Positions 1 to 9,202 of a DNA stretch of 64,000 nucleotides are shown here, piece by piece. Source of the DNA: an uncultured Gemmatimonadota bacterium (lineage in GTDB: Bacteria; Blakebacterota; Blakebacteria; Blakebacterales; Blakebacteraceae); the NCBI GenBank assembly GCA_964576115.1, contig CAZNUA010000001.1, positions 1 through 64,000 on the forward strand, given 5' to 3'. Within the stretch, counting starts at the first letter, position 1. Each line of letters opens with the position of its first letter. The notes beneath the pieces are model-generated. The model saw nothing but the letters and a program-made list of their open reading frames with translations. It made no database searches and was not told the DNA's origin. A program made the translations under genes and the position numbers.

Positions 1-2
1 AC

Positions 3-170
3 CGGGTCCGGGCCCTGGCCGTCACGGCCGGCGGCCAGAGCGGCGACCCGGCCTCGCCCCACTTCGACGACCAGGCCGTACGCTACGCCACCGGTGACCT
101 GCGGCCGGTCTATTTCTACCCCGAGCAGCTCGAAGGGCACACTGAACGCACCTATCACCCCGGGGGATGA
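3..170 (+). CDS. Penicillin acylase (S45) family protein, 3' end only
   Basis: Frame 3 is open from the window edge: RVRALAVTAGGQSGDPASPHFDDQAVRYATGDLRPVYFY...HPGG*. GQSGxPxSPHFxDQ is the typical C-terminal motif of penicillin acylases. Confidence 0.85.
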   Translation, partial: RVRALAVTAGGQSGDPASPHFDDQAVRYATGDLRPVYFYPEQLEGHTERTYHPGG

Positions 171-400
171 CGTTGGATCTGTAGCTCAAGTTTCATTCTC
201 ACGGTGGAAGTCAGCAACCTACCACCTGAATCATCGATACCTGCCGGAAGGCGGATACCCACCCTGGTTCCGTCTGTGACAGCCTTCAATCGGGCTCCCA
301 GACCGTAATGCAGGCACCATGAATCTGTGCGTTTATCCACGACCAGATGTTCTCATCGTGGGTGACCGGGAGATGAGAGTCGAGTAACCCGAAAGCAGCT

Positions 401-1876
401 TCACCGTATGTATCTGGAGATCAGCCTCTCAGCCAACTGGTGCCATCTTTTCAGTACCGTTTCCCCGCAGGAAATGGAGTATTCAGTCAAATATCGGCAG
501 GCTATGTCAGGATCCGATTCCAACATGTGGACGGCCGTCGTTTCCACGGCGGATTGTATCCCGATGAACCCTTCCTCAATGGCGGATTGTTCGGCCTGAA
601 TGTCGGTTTTCATCCGATCGTAGTGCAGATCGGCAAAATTGGCCACGAAGTTGATCGTCCACCAGGCAGAATCCCATGAAAACTTCTCTCTGTCTGCCCG
701 GGCATATGCCTCCGGTACGCGGTCGATCCCGCAGTAGAAAGGAGCGTAGCAGGAGAAATAGGTGTCATCGGGCGAATACCAGAGCACTCCCCCCACCGGA
801 TCGGGCAGGTGCGAACGCGACTGGGTCACAATGGAAAATGATGTTATCGGGGTCGAGATACCGCGTTCGGATCTCCTCTGGTTGGGACTTCCGAAGGCAC
901 CCGCATTTTCACCCGTCGTCATGTCAAAGTCCGTACCCTCGTAATGATCGCGCAGCAGGCCGAAAACAGCCCGGGTGTCGAGCCCGGCATCCGGCCGGAC
1001 GCTGAGCGGGTAGCGCCGGGCGTTTTCTACCCCACGGGCATAATCGGGTGACAGGTCAAGCGAGGGAGCCGCCCGTCTCAGAATGCTCCAGACCCGCATG
1101 GCGCAGGTCTTTTTCTTGCGCTCGGATGCAGGATCATAGGCATTGCTGAAATTGAACGGGCCGTCTTCATCGGAAGAGAAACCCATCTCCCGGGCAAAAG
1201 AGATGACATCACGGGAGTAAAGACAGTTCTCTGGATCATTCAGGGGAAATTCACCGATCCTGGACTGGTTGGCGTGGCAGGAGACATGCCCGTCCGGGAT
1301 CCGCACCGCTACCCATACGGCACCGGTCCGGTCGTGCCCGGTGCCGATGATCTCCAATAACCAGGCCTCGTTCTTGTCACCAATGGAGATCGACTCTCCG
1401 GGAGACCGATAACCATACTCATTCGCCAGCTGTCCGATTGTCTCAATGGCCTCTCGGGCGGTTCGCGACCTCTGCAGGGCAAGGGTCATCAGATCTGCGT
1501 AATGAAGGCCATTTTCGTTGCTCAAACCCGAACGGCCGCCGAAGGTGGTCTCTCCGATCGAGAGTTGATACTCGTTGATATGTCCGATCCCATTGGAGGC
1601 CAGGACGGCGAAGGTATGCGGGATCTGCGCCACACTCACGTTCCCGCGGGAATCAGCGAGGTCGGCGATGGAGCCGGGTTCATGGTCAGCAGCTTCGATC
1701 AGCATCAGCTGTGAAGCGAAAGGTGCGTCACAGGTGTAACAGATGTTCACCGAGCCGGTTGCGGACGCGCCCCTGGTCACGATCAGGTTCGTGCAGGAAT
1801 CCCCCGGATCCTGGGCGAATGACACGGTTGAACAAAGCGATAGCAGAAGGATCGTCGGGAGAGCTGATTTTTTCAT
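401..1876 (-). CDS. Secreted C69 family dipeptidase (Ntn hydrolase)
   Basis: Signal peptide followed by CTNLIV (N-terminal Cys nucleophile); motifs INEYQLSIGETTFGGR, LQRSRTAREAI, ANQSRI, RDHYEGT. Confidence 0.9.
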   Translation of the reverse strand: MKKSALPTILLLSLCSTVSFAQDPGDSCTNLIVTRGASATGSVNICYTCDAPFASQLMLIEAADHEPGSIADLADSRGNVSVAQIPHTFAVLASNGIGHINEYQLSIGETTFGGRSGLSNENGLHYADLMTLALQRSRTAREAIETIGQLANEYGYRSPGESISIGDKNEAWLLEIIGTGHDRTGAVWVAVRIPDGHVSCHANQSRIGEFPLNDPENCLYSRDVISFAREMGFSSDEDGPFNFSNAYDPASERKKKTCAMRVWSILRRAAPSLDLSPDYARGVENARRYPLSVRPDAGLDTRAVFGLLRDHYEGTDFDMTTGENAGAFGSPNQRRSERGISTPITSFSIVTQSRSHLPDPVGGVLWYSPDDTYFSCYAPFYCGIDRVPEAYARADREKFSWDSAWWTINFVANFADLHYDRMKTDIQAEQSAIEEGFIGIQSAVETTAVHMLESDPDIACRYLTEYSISCGETVLKRWHQLAERLISRYIR

Positions 1877-2004
1877 CGTGGGTATTCCTTGGGATTATCT
1901 GTCAGTCTCTTTGTGTCATCGGTCAGCCCCTGTCCGAGCCGGTGACCAGGCACAGGCGTCAAACATCAATTCAGCTGTCGCTCAATATACTCTTGTTCCT
2001 GGAA

Positions 2005-2067
2005 CCGGGGATTGAAGAAGGCATCGAGGCCACTGACGATGAGCACAACATCCAGATTGGCGGCCAG
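2005..2067 (-). pseudogene. Decayed fragment of a second rsgA homolog
   Basis: Encodes LAANLDVVLIVSGLDAFFNPR versus LAANLDVVLIVSGLDDDFNPR in rsgA (2956-3018); 52/63 nt identical. Bounded by in-frame stops with no start codon. Confidence 0.75.
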
Positions 2068-2099
2068 GCTCTATCGGGCGGTCGCCGCATCGGCCGTCT

Positions 2100-2137
2100 G
2101 ATGCCCGGCAGCACCCGCCCGTGATCTGTTATCCGCA
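2100..2137. repeat. 38-bp dispersed direct repeat, copy 1
   Basis: gatgcccggcagcacccgcccgtgatctgttatccgca; 32/38 identical to 6363-6400. Confidence 0.7.
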
Positions 2138-2268
2138 GTGATTACAGCGGTTGGGTACCAGAAACGTTCACGATGTCCGACATCCGTGCCCGGGATCAGC
2201 GGGTACGGCCCGGCCGGTCATCCTCGCGACACCCGTCGACTGAGAAAAACGGCGGTTGAGGTGAGGCC

Positions 2269-3369
2269 CTACTCCCGCCGCTTCCGCATCAGCCGTTTCA
2301 CCTCTTTCTGCAGCCGGGCGATCCGTTTGCCCTCGGCTTCGCGGGCGATCGGATCCTCTCTGCGGGCCTGCCAGGCCAGTTCCTTGCGGAGTTTGTAGTA
2401 ACTCTCGAGTCTTTCCCGACTGATCTCCCCCCGCTCGACCGCCGCCAGGACCGCGCACCCCGGCTCGTGCTCGTGGGTGCAGTCGGCGAAGCGGCACTCC
2501 CCGGCCAGGGCGGCGATCTCATCGAAGGCATGCTCGGCTGAGATCCCCTCGGACCAGAGCTGCACTTCTCGCAGGCCGGGGGTGTCGATGAGGAGCCCGC
2601 CGCCGGGGATGCGGTGCAGTTCCCGGCGGGTGGTAACATGCCGGCCCCGGGAATCGTCGGCCCGGACGGCACCGGTGGCGACCTGCTCGCGCCCCAGGAG
2701 CCGGTTGATGAGGGTGGATTTGCCCACCCCCGAGGATCCCAGCAGAGCCCCGGTCATCCCGGCCGGGATGACCCGGCGCACTTCCTCCACCCCGTCACCC
2801 AGCAGAGCACTCATGACGAGCACCCGGCGCCCGCCCGCCACCGCGTCGGTCGCGGAGAGGTGAGCCGGCAGATCGCGGCACAGATCCATCTTGTTCAGCA
2901 CGAAGATCGGCTCGGCTCCGCCCGCCTCGGTCATCAGGCGATAGCGTTCCAGGCGCCGGGGATTGAAGTCATCGTCCAGACCGCTGACGATGAGCACGAC
3001 ATCCAGGTTGGCAGCCAGCACCTGGCGCGAAGTCGCCTCTCCGGCGGCCTGCCGGGCGAAGACGGTGCGCCGGGGAACAACGGCGTGGATGTCGGCCGCC
3101 CGCTCGTCGGGACGCACGTCAGCCACCACCCAGTCTCCCACCACGGGAAAATCGCCTGGACTGTCAGCCTGGTGACGGAAGCGCCCGGTGACCCGGGCGG
3201 CCATATCTCCCTCCCCGGTCAGCAGGATATACCGTTCCCGGTGCTGAACCGCCACCCGGGCGGGGATATACTCCTCCCCCACCGCGGCCCGAAAGGCTTC
3301 GGCCCACGCTTCATCCCACCCCAGGTCGATCAGGGATTGTGGTAAAATTGATTCTCCCGCTGTATGCAT
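2269..3369 (-). CDS. rsgA: Ribosome small subunit-dependent GTPase A
   Basis: Circularly permuted GTPase motifs NKMD, GSSGVGKST, GRHVTT, DTPGLRE, then zinc finger CRFADCTHEHEPGC. Start uncertain; the ORF is open to 3498. Confidence 0.95.
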   Translation of the reverse strand: MHTAGESILPQSLIDLGWDEAWAEAFRAAVGEEYIPARVAVQHRERYILLTGEGDMAARVTGRFRHQADSPGDFPVVGDWVVADVRPDERAADIHAVVPRRTVFARQAAGEATSRQVLAANLDVVLIVSGLDDDFNPRRLERYRLMTEAGGAEPIFVLNKMDLCRDLPAHLSATDAVAGGRRVLVMSALLGDGVEEVRRVIPAGMTGALLGSSGVGKSTLINRLLGREQVATGAVRADDSRGRHVTTRRELHRIPGGGLLIDTPGLREVQLWSEGISAEHAFDEIAALAGECRFADCTHEHEPGCAVLAAVERGEISRERLESYYKLRKELAWQARREDPIAREAEGKRIARLQKEVKRLMRKRRE

Positions 3370-3551
3370 GACTCCCGGAACGTAAACATATCGCTCCGCG
3401 ATGACGATGTCATTCGAGTGCCGATGCGTTATGTCTGCCGGGTTTGGAACCGAAGCCCCTTCGAACGCCGGACGGAGGGGAAGGTCCCGAAAGAACACCT
3501 CGTCCGATGGAGGAAACCCTTGCGTATATCAATTGAAAAGGGAGCGATATC

Positions 3552-4037
3552 ATGGGGAAAACGATGACCAGATGGGGTGTCGGGCCGAAATTTACAGCCA
3601 TATCCATTGCATATTCAGTGATTATTTATACGATACATTTTTTATGTTTTCCTCAACTGACTTTCATCATCATATCCAGGTCAATAGATCTGGCCCTGGG
3701 CATTTTCTGTGTCATTCTCGGGATTCCGATCTTTGTCCTGCCCGCGCTTACGATCCATGAGTGTTTTAACCAGGGTGAACTCTGTACCAGGGGTGTGTAT
3801 TCGTTCATCAGACATCCCATTTACGGCGCCTGGATTGTATTCATCATTCCAGGAACAACCCTCATTTCCGGTTCGATTATCAGCATCACGATTCCGATCT
3901 TCATGTACTGCGCATTCAGAATATTGATCGTCGATGAAGAACGATATCTCGAGCATCAATTCGGCAGCGAGTACCTGGAATACAAAGAGAGCGTCGGCGC
4001 TGTATTTCCAAAACTCACACGGCGAACATCGGAATGA
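3552..4037 (+). CDS. Isoprenylcysteine carboxylmethyltransferase (ICMT/PEMT) family membrane protein
   Basis: GVYSFIRHPIY and EERYLEHQFGSEYLEYKESV motifs; hydrophobic; noticeably AT-rich. Confidence 0.88.
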   Translation: MGKTMTRWGVGPKFTAISIAYSVIIYTIHFLCFPQLTFIIISRSIDLALGIFCVILGIPIFVLPALTIHECFNQGELCTRGVYSFIRHPIYGAWIVFIIPGTTLISGSIISITIPIFMYCAFRILIVDEERYLEHQFGSEYLEYKESVGAVFPKLTRRTSE

Positions 4038-4094
4038 GGGTTATGCGATGTCGGCCTCACCAGAGGAGACGGAGCAGAATCGGGGGGATGACAG

Positions 4095-4691
4095 TCATCT
4101 GCCGACCTGTTCGGGAAGACCGACCGGATGAGGAGGTGGAGTAGGTTTAAGCTCAACGAACTCTTCCTGACCCAGATGATCCAGCAGTTGCCGCCACTGC
4201 TCCGCGGTCAATCCCTGGGGGTACCGGCAGTACAGTCCGATCTCGGCCCGGTCCCCGTTGACGATGGGATGCTCGAAATCAACCGGGGGCATCCCTGTAC
4301 TCAGGCCGTAGATCGTACCCGCCATCCCCACCACAGCGATAACGGACCACACCGGGTACCCGGTCTGAATGCCAGCCTCGATCACGGCAAGCTCGAGAGA
4401 AACGGTTGGAACGCCGAGCAGGAATCGTCCGAGCCCGGAGAGACCCGTACGCCGATAGGCCTGAATGCTGACACTCCGGACGTCAGAAAGAGGTGCAGCG
4501 CACACGGCCTGGTTCAGGAGAACGAAAAGCTCCACGTCATTGATAGCCAGCAGCTCGACAGTGTATTGGATATTGCCTGTCAGGACGATCCGGGCCGTTT
4601 CGCCGGTACTGCTGTCCGGATTCACCGGTATGATGTGCGCACACGAGCAGATCAGCCCGGCACTCAGAGCGAGCATGAGAGAGCGTTTCAT
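4095..4691 (-). CDS. Hypothetical lipoprotein/membrane protein
   Basis: Signal peptide with CSC lipobox-like end and two later hydrophobic segments; start overlaps the upstream gene's stop (ATGA). Confidence 0.6.
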   Translation of the reverse strand: MKRSLMLALSAGLICSCAHIIPVNPDSSTGETARIVLTGNIQYTVELLAINDVELFVLLNQAVCAAPLSDVRSVSIQAYRRTGLSGLGRFLLGVPTVSLELAVIEAGIQTGYPVWSVIAVVGMAGTIYGLSTGMPPVDFEHPIVNGDRAEIGLYCRYPQGLTAEQWRQLLDHLGQEEFVELKPTPPPHPVGLPEQVGR

Positions 4692-6292
4692 CGCCGCTTC
4701 CCCCCTTCCAGAACAGTCCGGGTGGCGAAGAATCTCGATTCATAGACTTCTTTCTGGTTCAGCCACATCTCAGCGGCACGCCTGATGGCGGCGTCATTCA
4801 GGGCAAAGGGGGCCGGTGTTCCACCGGCCGAACAGGTTTCAAGCCAGGCCTGGCGGATCCACTCGACGTAGTAGCCACCCGAATGCAGGAAAGCGGTCCG
4901 TTTTCCAACCGCCGGTTCGGGTCCGACTTCGAACGACAGCCGCCAGGTATCGGCAGGTCGTGAGACGAGGTACTGCTCATCACGTGCATGAAGCACGTCA
5001 CTCCGGAGAGGCAGAGCAGACCCGTTGGTTCCCCGCAGTTCACTGCACCTGACGGTTCGTATCTCGTAGTTATCGCAGGAGTCGAAACTGATGCCGATCC
5101 AGTCCAGCCTGACGTGGTCGGGCAGGAAGCTGAACCGGAGGTGCGCCTCTTCATCGCCAGCAACCGGGACGGTGAAAGCCACCTGGCGCCATGCGATCGG
5201 GCCCGTGTCATCGACGAAAGCGACCTCGCGGGCATCCGTCTCATCCAGGAGTTCGACTCTGATCCCGAAGTACCTCCGGTAGTCGGAGTACACTCCGAAG
5301 GCATAGAGAGGATCGGCCATCTCGACTCCGATCCAGTCCACGGCCGCAGCACCCTGTTCGCCCAGCGCCAGATCGTAGAATTCCACCGTGTGGAACAGGG
5401 TGTTCCGGAAACGGAGCGCCACGATCATGCTGTCGGCCGAAGCCGGGGCCGGTACCGTGACATCGACCCAGTCCCTGACCACCTCCCGGGTGAGTTCCTG
5501 CACCAGGGAGATATCGCTCTGATACCAGAGCTGATCCCGCTTCTCCAGGAACGGTGCGACATCGCGTCCATCACGAGAACGCATCTGCAGCGAGGGGATC
5601 TCTTCCCCCAGGAGCAGTACCTGTTCTTTCTCCTCGGGAAACTGCCGGTTGCGCGGAAAGGCCTCGAACGAGGCCGGATGATCGACGACGAGCAGTTCCA
5701 GGAAGTTGATGTAATGAGTTTCGAAAGCCTCGTTGCGAACCTCGAGGATCAGCCGGCCCTCGCTGGGTTGCGCACCGTTGATCCAATCCAGATCGTCGGT
5801 CTCGAGGGCTTCGGAAACGCTGTACGAAAAGCACTCCGCCTGCAACGAGACGGTATCGGCCTCAGCGGTGTAGATTGTCGGACACGAACCGAAGAAGTAT
5901 TTGTGGATTTCCTCATTCGTGATCGCACCCAGGAACACTGCGGCAGAAGCAAGCGTCGCCAGGGGCGGACCCGCCTCAAGTTCCACTCGGTAGTATTCGA
6001 GGAAGGCGATCTCATCGATCGGTATCGTTACAACCGGCTCCGCATCCTCGCGGAACAGATCGTAGAGCATCCCATTTCCGCGGACTCCAACACCCTGGTC
6101 ATAGATCAATCCGTCGGGGAACACACCGACCGAACCATCGAAGCGGTGTACTTTCGTGGGCGAGTTGACGGTTTGCGATTCACCGCTGAATTCCAGCCGG
6201 GTGGCGCGTTGCCGGGTATAGGCACAGGAGGTGAAGGCCAGGGCACCGAGCAGAAGACCGTTGAGGACCAAGACAGCAATACGTTTTCTCAT
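4688..6292 (-). CDS. Hypothetical lipoprotein with GSCP-type C-terminal domain
   Basis: ATG 6292 after GAGGA RBS; lipobox-like FTSC; motifs FFGSCPTIYT and ETHYINFLELLVVDHP. Confidence 0.7.
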   Translation of the reverse strand: MRKRIAVLVLNGLLLGALAFTSCAYTRQRATRLEFSGESQTVNSPTKVHRFDGSVGVFPDGLIYDQGVGVRGNGMLYDLFREDAEPVVTIPIDEIAFLEYYRVELEAGPPLATLASAAVFLGAITNEEIHKYFFGSCPTIYTAEADTVSLQAECFSYSVSEALETDDLDWINGAQPSEGRLILEVRNEAFETHYINFLELLVVDHPASFEAFPRNRQFPEEKEQVLLLGEEIPSLQMRSRDGRDVAPFLEKRDQLWYQSDISLVQELTREVVRDWVDVTVPAPASADSMIVALRFRNTLFHTVEFYDLALGEQGAAAVDWIGVEMADPLYAFGVYSDYRRYFGIRVELLDETDAREVAFVDDTGPIAWRQVAFTVPVAGDEEAHLRFSFLPDHVRLDWIGISFDSCDNYEIRTVRCSELRGTNGSALPLRSDVLHARDEQYLVSRPADTWRLSFEVGPEPAVGKRTAFLHSGGYYVEWIRQAWLETCSAGGTPAPFALNDAAIRRAAEMWLNQKEVYESRFFATRTVLEGGKRR

Positions 6293-6362
6293 CGCGGTAT
6301 CCTCACACGTCTGGCGACAGGACACGTACCGCGGCAGGCGTCTACCGCATCCAGGCGGCAGC

Positions 6363-6400
6363 GATACCCGGCAGCACCCGTCCGCGATCTGTTTGTCGCA
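6363..6400. repeat. 38-bp dispersed direct repeat, copy 2
   Basis: gatacccggcagcacccgtccgcgatctgtttgtcgca; matches 2100-2137 at 32/38. Confidence 0.7.
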
Positions 6401-6730
6401 CGAAACAACACGCAGAATCCATGCCAGCCCTCGCATCAGAGACCGGATTCCCGATAATCAGTTGTGCAGCGGGCGAAATGGCTGGTGTGAGAGCACAGGT
6501 GTGGAGGAAACCGTATCGGGGGAACATTTCTCCCCGAGAGTCATTTGTGCGGTTCCGGTGACAGTGCGTATCGCAGATGGGTAACAATACTTCAAAACCG
6601 GCGGTGCCAGTGCACCAGGGCAGATACGACGAAAGAACGGGCTGGCCATGTTCAGACCCGACAGAGTGTTTTCGATCCCGATAGAAATAACTACCATGAG
6701 AAAAGACATATACCCGGGAGAAAGCAAAAA

Positions 6731-7495
6731 ATGAAACTGAACAGAAAATTGTTGCCGATCGTTACTGCCCTCACCCTTCTGACCGGCTGTGCCGAAGCCC
6801 TCGAGATGCTGGGATCGGTTGCATCGACTCCCCTCACCGAAGAAGAGGTGGGGAGGGGACTGAAGGAGGCGCTCATCACCGGGGCCAGGAAGGCGGCTGC
6901 CGAGCTGTCGGCAGAGGACGGCTACTACGGCGATACCGCCCTCAGGATACCCCTGCCCGACGAAGCCCGGGTCATCGTCGACAATATCTCCCGCCTGCCC
7001 GGGGGAAGGGATATGGTCGAGGACGTCATCCTCCGGATCAACCGGGCCGCCGAGGACGCCGCCAGAGAGGCGGCGCCGGTATTCGTGCGGGCAGTCACGG
7101 AGATGACCATCGCCGACGCCTTCGGGATCCTGCGGTGGGAAAACGATGCCGCGACCGAGTATCTGCGCCGGACGACCGGCGAGGACCTCTACGCCCTCTA
7201 CCAGCCGAAGATCGAAGCGTCCACCTCGAAGGAGATCGTTGGCAGTATCTCCACCGGCCAGGCGTGGGAATCCCTGACCGGTTCGTGGAACGATCTGGCC
7301 GACAGCGCCGTCGGGCGACTGGCTGGACTCACTGCAGTCAACACCGACCTGGATGATTTCCTCACCAGGAAGGCGCTGGAAGGACTCTTCGTCAAAATCG
7401 AAGAGGAAGAGCAGAATATCCGGACCGACGTCTCGGCCCGGGTCACACCTCTGCTCAGAAGGGTATTCGGCTCGCTCGATGGCGGTCAGGGCTGA
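6731..7495 (+). CDS. DUF4197 family lipoprotein
   Basis: Lipobox LTGC; motifs GLKEAL, RIPLP, INRAAEDAA, DAATEYLRRTT, RVTPLLRRVFG. Confidence 0.88.
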   Translation: MKLNRKLLPIVTALTLLTGCAEALEMLGSVASTPLTEEEVGRGLKEALITGARKAAAELSAEDGYYGDTALRIPLPDEARVIVDNISRLPGGRDMVEDVILRINRAAEDAAREAAPVFVRAVTEMTIADAFGILRWENDAATEYLRRTTGEDLYALYQPKIEASTSKEIVGSISTGQAWESLTGSWNDLADSAVGRLAGLTAVNTDLDDFLTRKALEGLFVKIEEEEQNIRTDVSARVTPLLRRVFGSLDGGQG

Positions 7496-7568
7496 AACCG
7501 CCTGTCTCTCTGAACCTGCAGGGAGCAGGCAGGAACGGACGCGGGAATCTGCTGATGAGGCTCGTGTT

Positions 7569-8714
7569 GTGAAGCAACGCGTCTTCAGACAGATCGTGCG
7601 AATGTTCTGCCTCGGGACTCTCCTGGCCGGGTGCGGAACGGCACAGGAGACCGCCCGACAGCAGGAGTTTCCGTGGCACTTCGTCAGGGTCGCAGAACTG
7701 GAAACCGATCACCCCTCCGCCCTGGTCGGGAACCTGGAGTACAACGGGGCTGCGATCGGTCCCGATGGATCCGTGTATGTCGCCACTGATTCCTGGAAAG
7801 GGGTGCACATCTTCGACCGGACGGGCGCCTGGGTCAGGAATCTCGGCGGGGAAGGCCACGGTCCGGGTGAATTCCAGTGGGTCCGGGCGGTCGCGGCCTC
7901 ACCGGACGGCCAGCTGGCTCTCTACGACGAAATCGGCAGAATCAGTCTTTTCACTTCTGACGGTGCTTTCTCGCACTCATTCAGATATCAGATCCGCAGC
8001 GATCTTCGCACCAGTCTCTCTTTCTCGGGTTCACGCGGCTTCTGGACCATGAACAGGCCACTCTCTGCCCCGGATCCGTCGGAATCCGGTATCCGGGAAG
8101 ACCTCATTGCTCTCTCCTCGCATGGCGACACTCTGGCCATACACCCGATCCCCGATTCGGTACCGGAGATGGACATCGGTCGGGTGTCGAGTGCCAATCC
8201 CGCCGAAGGAGCCCCGAAGTGGACCGTGTCTCCCGACGGCTTCGCCTGGCTGTTCACGCCGGCCGGGGAGCATCTGGTACGTCTCTCACCGACCGGCGCA
8301 GAGGCTGACAGCATTGCCGTCCAAACCTATCCCCCGGTTTTCACCGAGGCGGAGTGGGCACGGATCATCGAGGCCGAAACGGCCGTTATGCGCGAAGTGG
8401 ATTTCCTGAACGATTCCATCGAACCGACGATCGAGAGACTTGAAGAGATCCGCGATCGCTGGAGCCCCGTTCAGCGCCTCTGGTGGGTTGACGAACACGG
8501 CCTGCTCGTCGATCGCATGACACCTCTATATCCGAGCATCCAGAGAGGGCCCTGGAAGTATGCCGCCCTGACGTCCGACGGATTCATGACTGCGGAAATC
8601 GAGGGGCCGGCAGGTCTGCTCACCGCCGCGCATGGCTATGCTCTCACAGTACGATCGGAGTGGCTCGAGCTGCCCGAGATCACGCTCTGGAGACTTGAAC
8701 CGGTCCAGAGATAG
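7569..8714 (+). CDS. 6-bladed beta-propeller (NHL-like) lipoprotein
   Basis: Lipobox LAGC; IFDRTGAWVRNLGGEGHGPGEF motif. Start uncertain. Confidence 0.75.
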   Translation: MKQRVFRQIVRMFCLGTLLAGCGTAQETARQQEFPWHFVRVAELETDHPSALVGNLEYNGAAIGPDGSVYVATDSWKGVHIFDRTGAWVRNLGGEGHGPGEFQWVRAVAASPDGQLALYDEIGRISLFTSDGAFSHSFRYQIRSDLRTSLSFSGSRGFWTMNRPLSAPDPSESGIREDLIALSSHGDTLAIHPIPDSVPEMDIGRVSSANPAEGAPKWTVSPDGFAWLFTPAGEHLVRLSPTGAEADSIAVQTYPPVFTEAEWARIIEAETAVMREVDFLNDSIEPTIERLEEIRDRWSPVQRLWWVDEHGLLVDRMTPLYPSIQRGPWKYAALTSDGFMTAEIEGPAGLLTAAHGYALTVRSEWLELPEITLWRLEPVQR

Positions 8715-8744
8715 GAGCCCGGGTCGCACCTTCACGGGGTTGAC

Positions 8745-8772
8745 CGCCGCCCGTCCGTAAAGACGGGCGGCG
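8745..8772. terminator. Hairpin between convergent genes (likely terminator)
   Basis: cgccgcccgtc-cgtaaa-gacgggcggcg, 11-bp stem with no strong U tract. Confidence 0.5.
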
Positions 8773-8815
8773 TCGGTTCCGTGCCCCAGGAGCCTGTCGG
8801 AGTAATCTCCGGCTG

Positions 8816-9202
8816 CTAAACCAGGATCGCCTTGTAGGCGTACTGGTGGATCCCGGCGTGGCCCTCGCAACGCACGCGGCGCAGCATCAGTTTGACCTTC
8901 GCGCCGATCTCGATCGCCTCGGGATCGCCGTCGACCACCTGGGCGGTCAGCCTCGCCCCTTCGGGGGTCTCGATAATGGCGATCGGCAGGGGCGCCTCGG
9001 CGTTGAACTCCTCGGCCGGCACGTGCACGATCGTCCACGACAGAATGGTGCCCTCGGGGGTCAGGTTGATCGGCTCGAACTTCCGGGATCCGCACTCGGG
9101 GCAGATGAGCCGGGGCGGAAAGGCAACGTAGCCGCACCCGCACTTGCCGGCCTCCAGGCGGTACCGCTGCGGGATCTCACGCGTGTATTTCGGGACGATC
9201 AT
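8816..9202 (-). CDS. DUF35 zinc-ribbon/OB-fold protein (thiolase/HMGCS scaffold)
   Basis: [19 protein letters not shown] zinc ribbon plus OB-fold; overlaps the thiolase stop (ATGA). Confidence 0.92.
   Translation of the reverse strand: MIVPKYTREIPQRYRLEAGKCGCGYVAFPPRLICPECGSRKFEPINLTPEGTILSWTIVHVPAEEFNAEAPLPIAIIETPEGARLTAQVVDGDPEAIEIGAKVKLMLRRVRCEGHAGIHQYAYKAILV

Noticed and set aside
3470-3506. ggacggagg...cctcgtcc stem between rsgA and ICMT as a possible riboswitch
   Set aside because: Short stem with no recognisable riboswitch consensus; plausible by chance at this GC content.
4988-6457. Long antisense ORFs (also 9220-10416, 23474-25252, 31452-32912, 35907-37382, 38183-39703, 50245-51816, 54033-55562)
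   Set aside because: Shadow ORFs opposite well-supported genes, expected from high GC3 codon bias; no recognisable motifs.
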